Assembly: GCF_006345805.1 (NCBI RefSeq)
Contig: NW_021827632.1
Span: 1-8,385 of the forward strand
Direction: 5' to 3'
Length of the DNA stretch: 8,385 nt
Source: Octopus sinensis
Taxonomy: Eukaryota
The translations under genes and the position numbers were made by a program. Position 1 is the stretch's first letter. Each line of letters opens with the position of its first letter. Of the stretch, positions 6,780 through 8,385 are shown one piece after another. The notes beneath the pieces are model-generated. The model searched no databases. It was given only the letters and a program-made list of their open reading frames with translations, and was not told where the DNA came from.

Positions 6780-6930
6780 CACCACCACCGCCGCCGCCAC
6801 ATGTATAACATACACGGAAGAGACTAATTAGCTAGGCGGAGGATCGGGGGGGGGAGGGAGCAGGGGCGAAGGAGAGGGCACGGGGGAGGGGGTGAACCAG
6901 CTGCTAACAATTAACTGCAGAATGGTACTG
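6780..6930. promoter_or_regulatory. Candidate cis-regulatory island with a G-quadruplex motif
   Basis: Non-repetitive and CpG-containing. CTAATTAG (6824-6831), G-runs 6846-6892, CAGCTG (6898-6903), AACAATTAA (6906-6914). Motif evidence only. Confidence 0.3.
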
Positions 6931-6989
6931 TAGGTACTGTGGAGGAGGTGGGAGGAGCAGGAAGAGGAGATAGAGTGTTAAGAGGGGAT

Positions 6990-7042
6990 GATGGTGTAGT
7001 TGTAGTAGTAGTAGTAGTGGTGGTGGTGGTAGTAGTAGTAGC

Positions 7043-7081
<39 letters not shown>

Positions 7082-7208
7082 TGTAGTAGTAGTAGTAGTG
7101 GTGGTTGTAGTAGTAGTAGTAGTAGTAGTGGTGGTTGTAGTAGTAGTGGTGGTTGTAGTAGTAGTAGTTGTAGTAGTAGTAGTAGTGGTGGTTGTAGTAG
7201 TAGTAGTT

Positions 7209-7243
<35 letters not shown>

Positions 7244-7272
7244 GGTGGTGGTGGTAGTAGTTGTAGTAGTAG
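6990..7272. repeat. Imperfect (GTA/GTG/GTT)n trinucleotide repeat
   Basis: Directly visible; gives the poly-V, poly-T, poly-L and poly-Y ORFs. Confidence 0.95.
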
Positions 7273-7334
7273 CGGTATGAGGGGGTGATAGGTAAGTGAT
7301 AGTGGTGGTGGCAGTGGGTGCAACTGGTTGAGGT

Positions 7335-7800
7335 GTATACGCATATATATACACACGCATGCATGCTAGTGCGTGTGTGCATATGCATAGTAATGAGTAT
7401 GCATTTATATATATATATATGTGTAAGTGCATGTATATGTGTGTGTATATATATATATGTACATACATAGATGTGTGTATGTATATATGTATATATATAT
7501 GCATATATGTGTGTGCATATATATGTATATGTGTATATACATGTACATATATAGATGTGTGTGCGTACTTCGATGCACATGTGTGAATGTAAATGTATAT
7601 ATATATATATAGTGTATGCACATATATGTGAATATATATGTATATATATATATGCATGTATGTGTGTGCATATATATGTATATGTGTATATACATGTACA
7701 TATATAGTCGTGTGTGTATGTGTACTTAGATGCCTATATGTGTGTGTGCATGTGTGTGTATATGTGAGTGCGTGTATGTGTGAGTGCGTCTATGCGTGAG
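7335..7800. repeat. Long compound (TG)n/(TA)n microsatellite
   Basis: Directly visible; largely alternating purine-pyrimidine. Confidence 0.95.
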
Positions 7801-7844
7801 TGCGTGGGCCTGTGCAGATATGTAAGAGGCAGAGGTAGACTAAC

Positions 7845-8201
7845 TTGCTTGGCGGTGGTAGTGGTGGCGGTGGCGATGGTGGTGGTGGTGTTGGAGGTGG
7901 CAGTGGTGGAATAAGAAAGGCCACAGTCGTGGCGGCGGCCCGCAGCGGTGGTAATGCTAGAGGTGAAGGAATTATGAGGTGACAGTGACGGTGTGATGGT
8001 GGTGGCGGCGGCGGCGGTGATGGTGGTGCTGATGGCGGCAGTGGAGGAGGTGTGGTGGTGATGGTGGTGGTGAAAGACACCGAGAAACAACAGCAGCAGC
8101 AGCAACAGCAGCAGCAGCAATGGTGGTCGTGGTGGTGGTCGTGGTGAGATGTCCAGAATTTTGTAAACCAAAGGAAACAAGTTTTGCGAGATTTTCTTCA
8201 T
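7845..8201 (-). CDS. Candidate coding exon (119 codons, phase 0) of an unknown secreted or membrane protein
   Basis: ATG at 8201-8199 reads MKKISQNLFPLVYKILDISPRPPPRPP-L11-FLGVF-H7-TSSTAA...AGRRHDCG...TTTTAKQ, then donor-like CAA|GTTAGT (7844-7839) and microsatellite. GC- and CpG-rich relative to the window. Caveats: built from trinucleotide repeats, other minus frames are also open, weak start context, no homology recognised. Confidence 0.33.
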
Positions 8202-8265
8202 CAAATGAAAAATAAACACACAAGAGCCAGCTTTTAAAAGAGACCGGCGTCTGGCACTGCTTCCA

Positions 8266-8313
8266 TATATACATATATATATATATATATAGATATGCAT
8301 ATATATATATATA

Positions 8314-8348
<35 letters not shown>

Positions 8349-8375
8349 GAATATATATATCTATGTATATATATG
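8266..8375. repeat. (TA)n microsatellite
   Basis: Directly visible. Confidence 0.95.
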
Positions 8376-8385
8376 CAACACATGC

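Noticed and set aside
7288-7297. Perfect plus-strand donor AG|GTAAGT
   Set aside because: Upstream sequence is only the poly-Val repeat, with no credible exon.
6904-7356. Second exon joined to the 7845-8201 candidate via the acceptor at 7324
   Set aside because: Poor pyrimidine tract, and a phase-0 join gives the implausible poly-Leu frame rather than the Thr-rich one.
8160-8210. UBA-like motif FDEENLAKLVSFGLQ in the 7972-8274 frame
   Set aside because: Resembles UBA helix 1 and the MGF loop, but helices 2-3 are absent and it runs straight into poly-T/A.

Overview
Eukaryotic, repeat-dominated, essentially non-coding DNA. The repeat families look like those I recall from octopod cephalopod (Octopus) genomes; this species call is an inference, not a search result. 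The window holds two full copies and one extra tail of a ~400-bp tRNA-headed SINE (family 1) and two full copies plus two fragments of a second tRNA-headed SINE (family 2). It also holds a minus-strand fragment of a third retroposon with internal repeats and two degenerate copies of a retroposon 3' tail. A ~550-bp element sits between (AAT)n runs, and its terminal ~138 bp is amplified into 8 tandem units (1727-2830). The rest is largely di- and trinucleotide microsatellite, which explains almost all ORFs in the track. The best gene candidate is a GC-rich minus-strand exon (8201-7845) encoding a signal-peptide-like poly-Leu stretch, His7 and a Thr/Ser/Ala-rich region, ending at a plausible splice donor. 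No known protein, RNA gene, CRISPR array or clearly new biological system can be supported. The most interesting structures are the 8x array (each unit has CCAAT- and TATA-like motifs), shared modules between SINE families, a unique motif-dense island at a GC-skew flip (~6780-6930), and nested inverted repeats that could form dsRNA.
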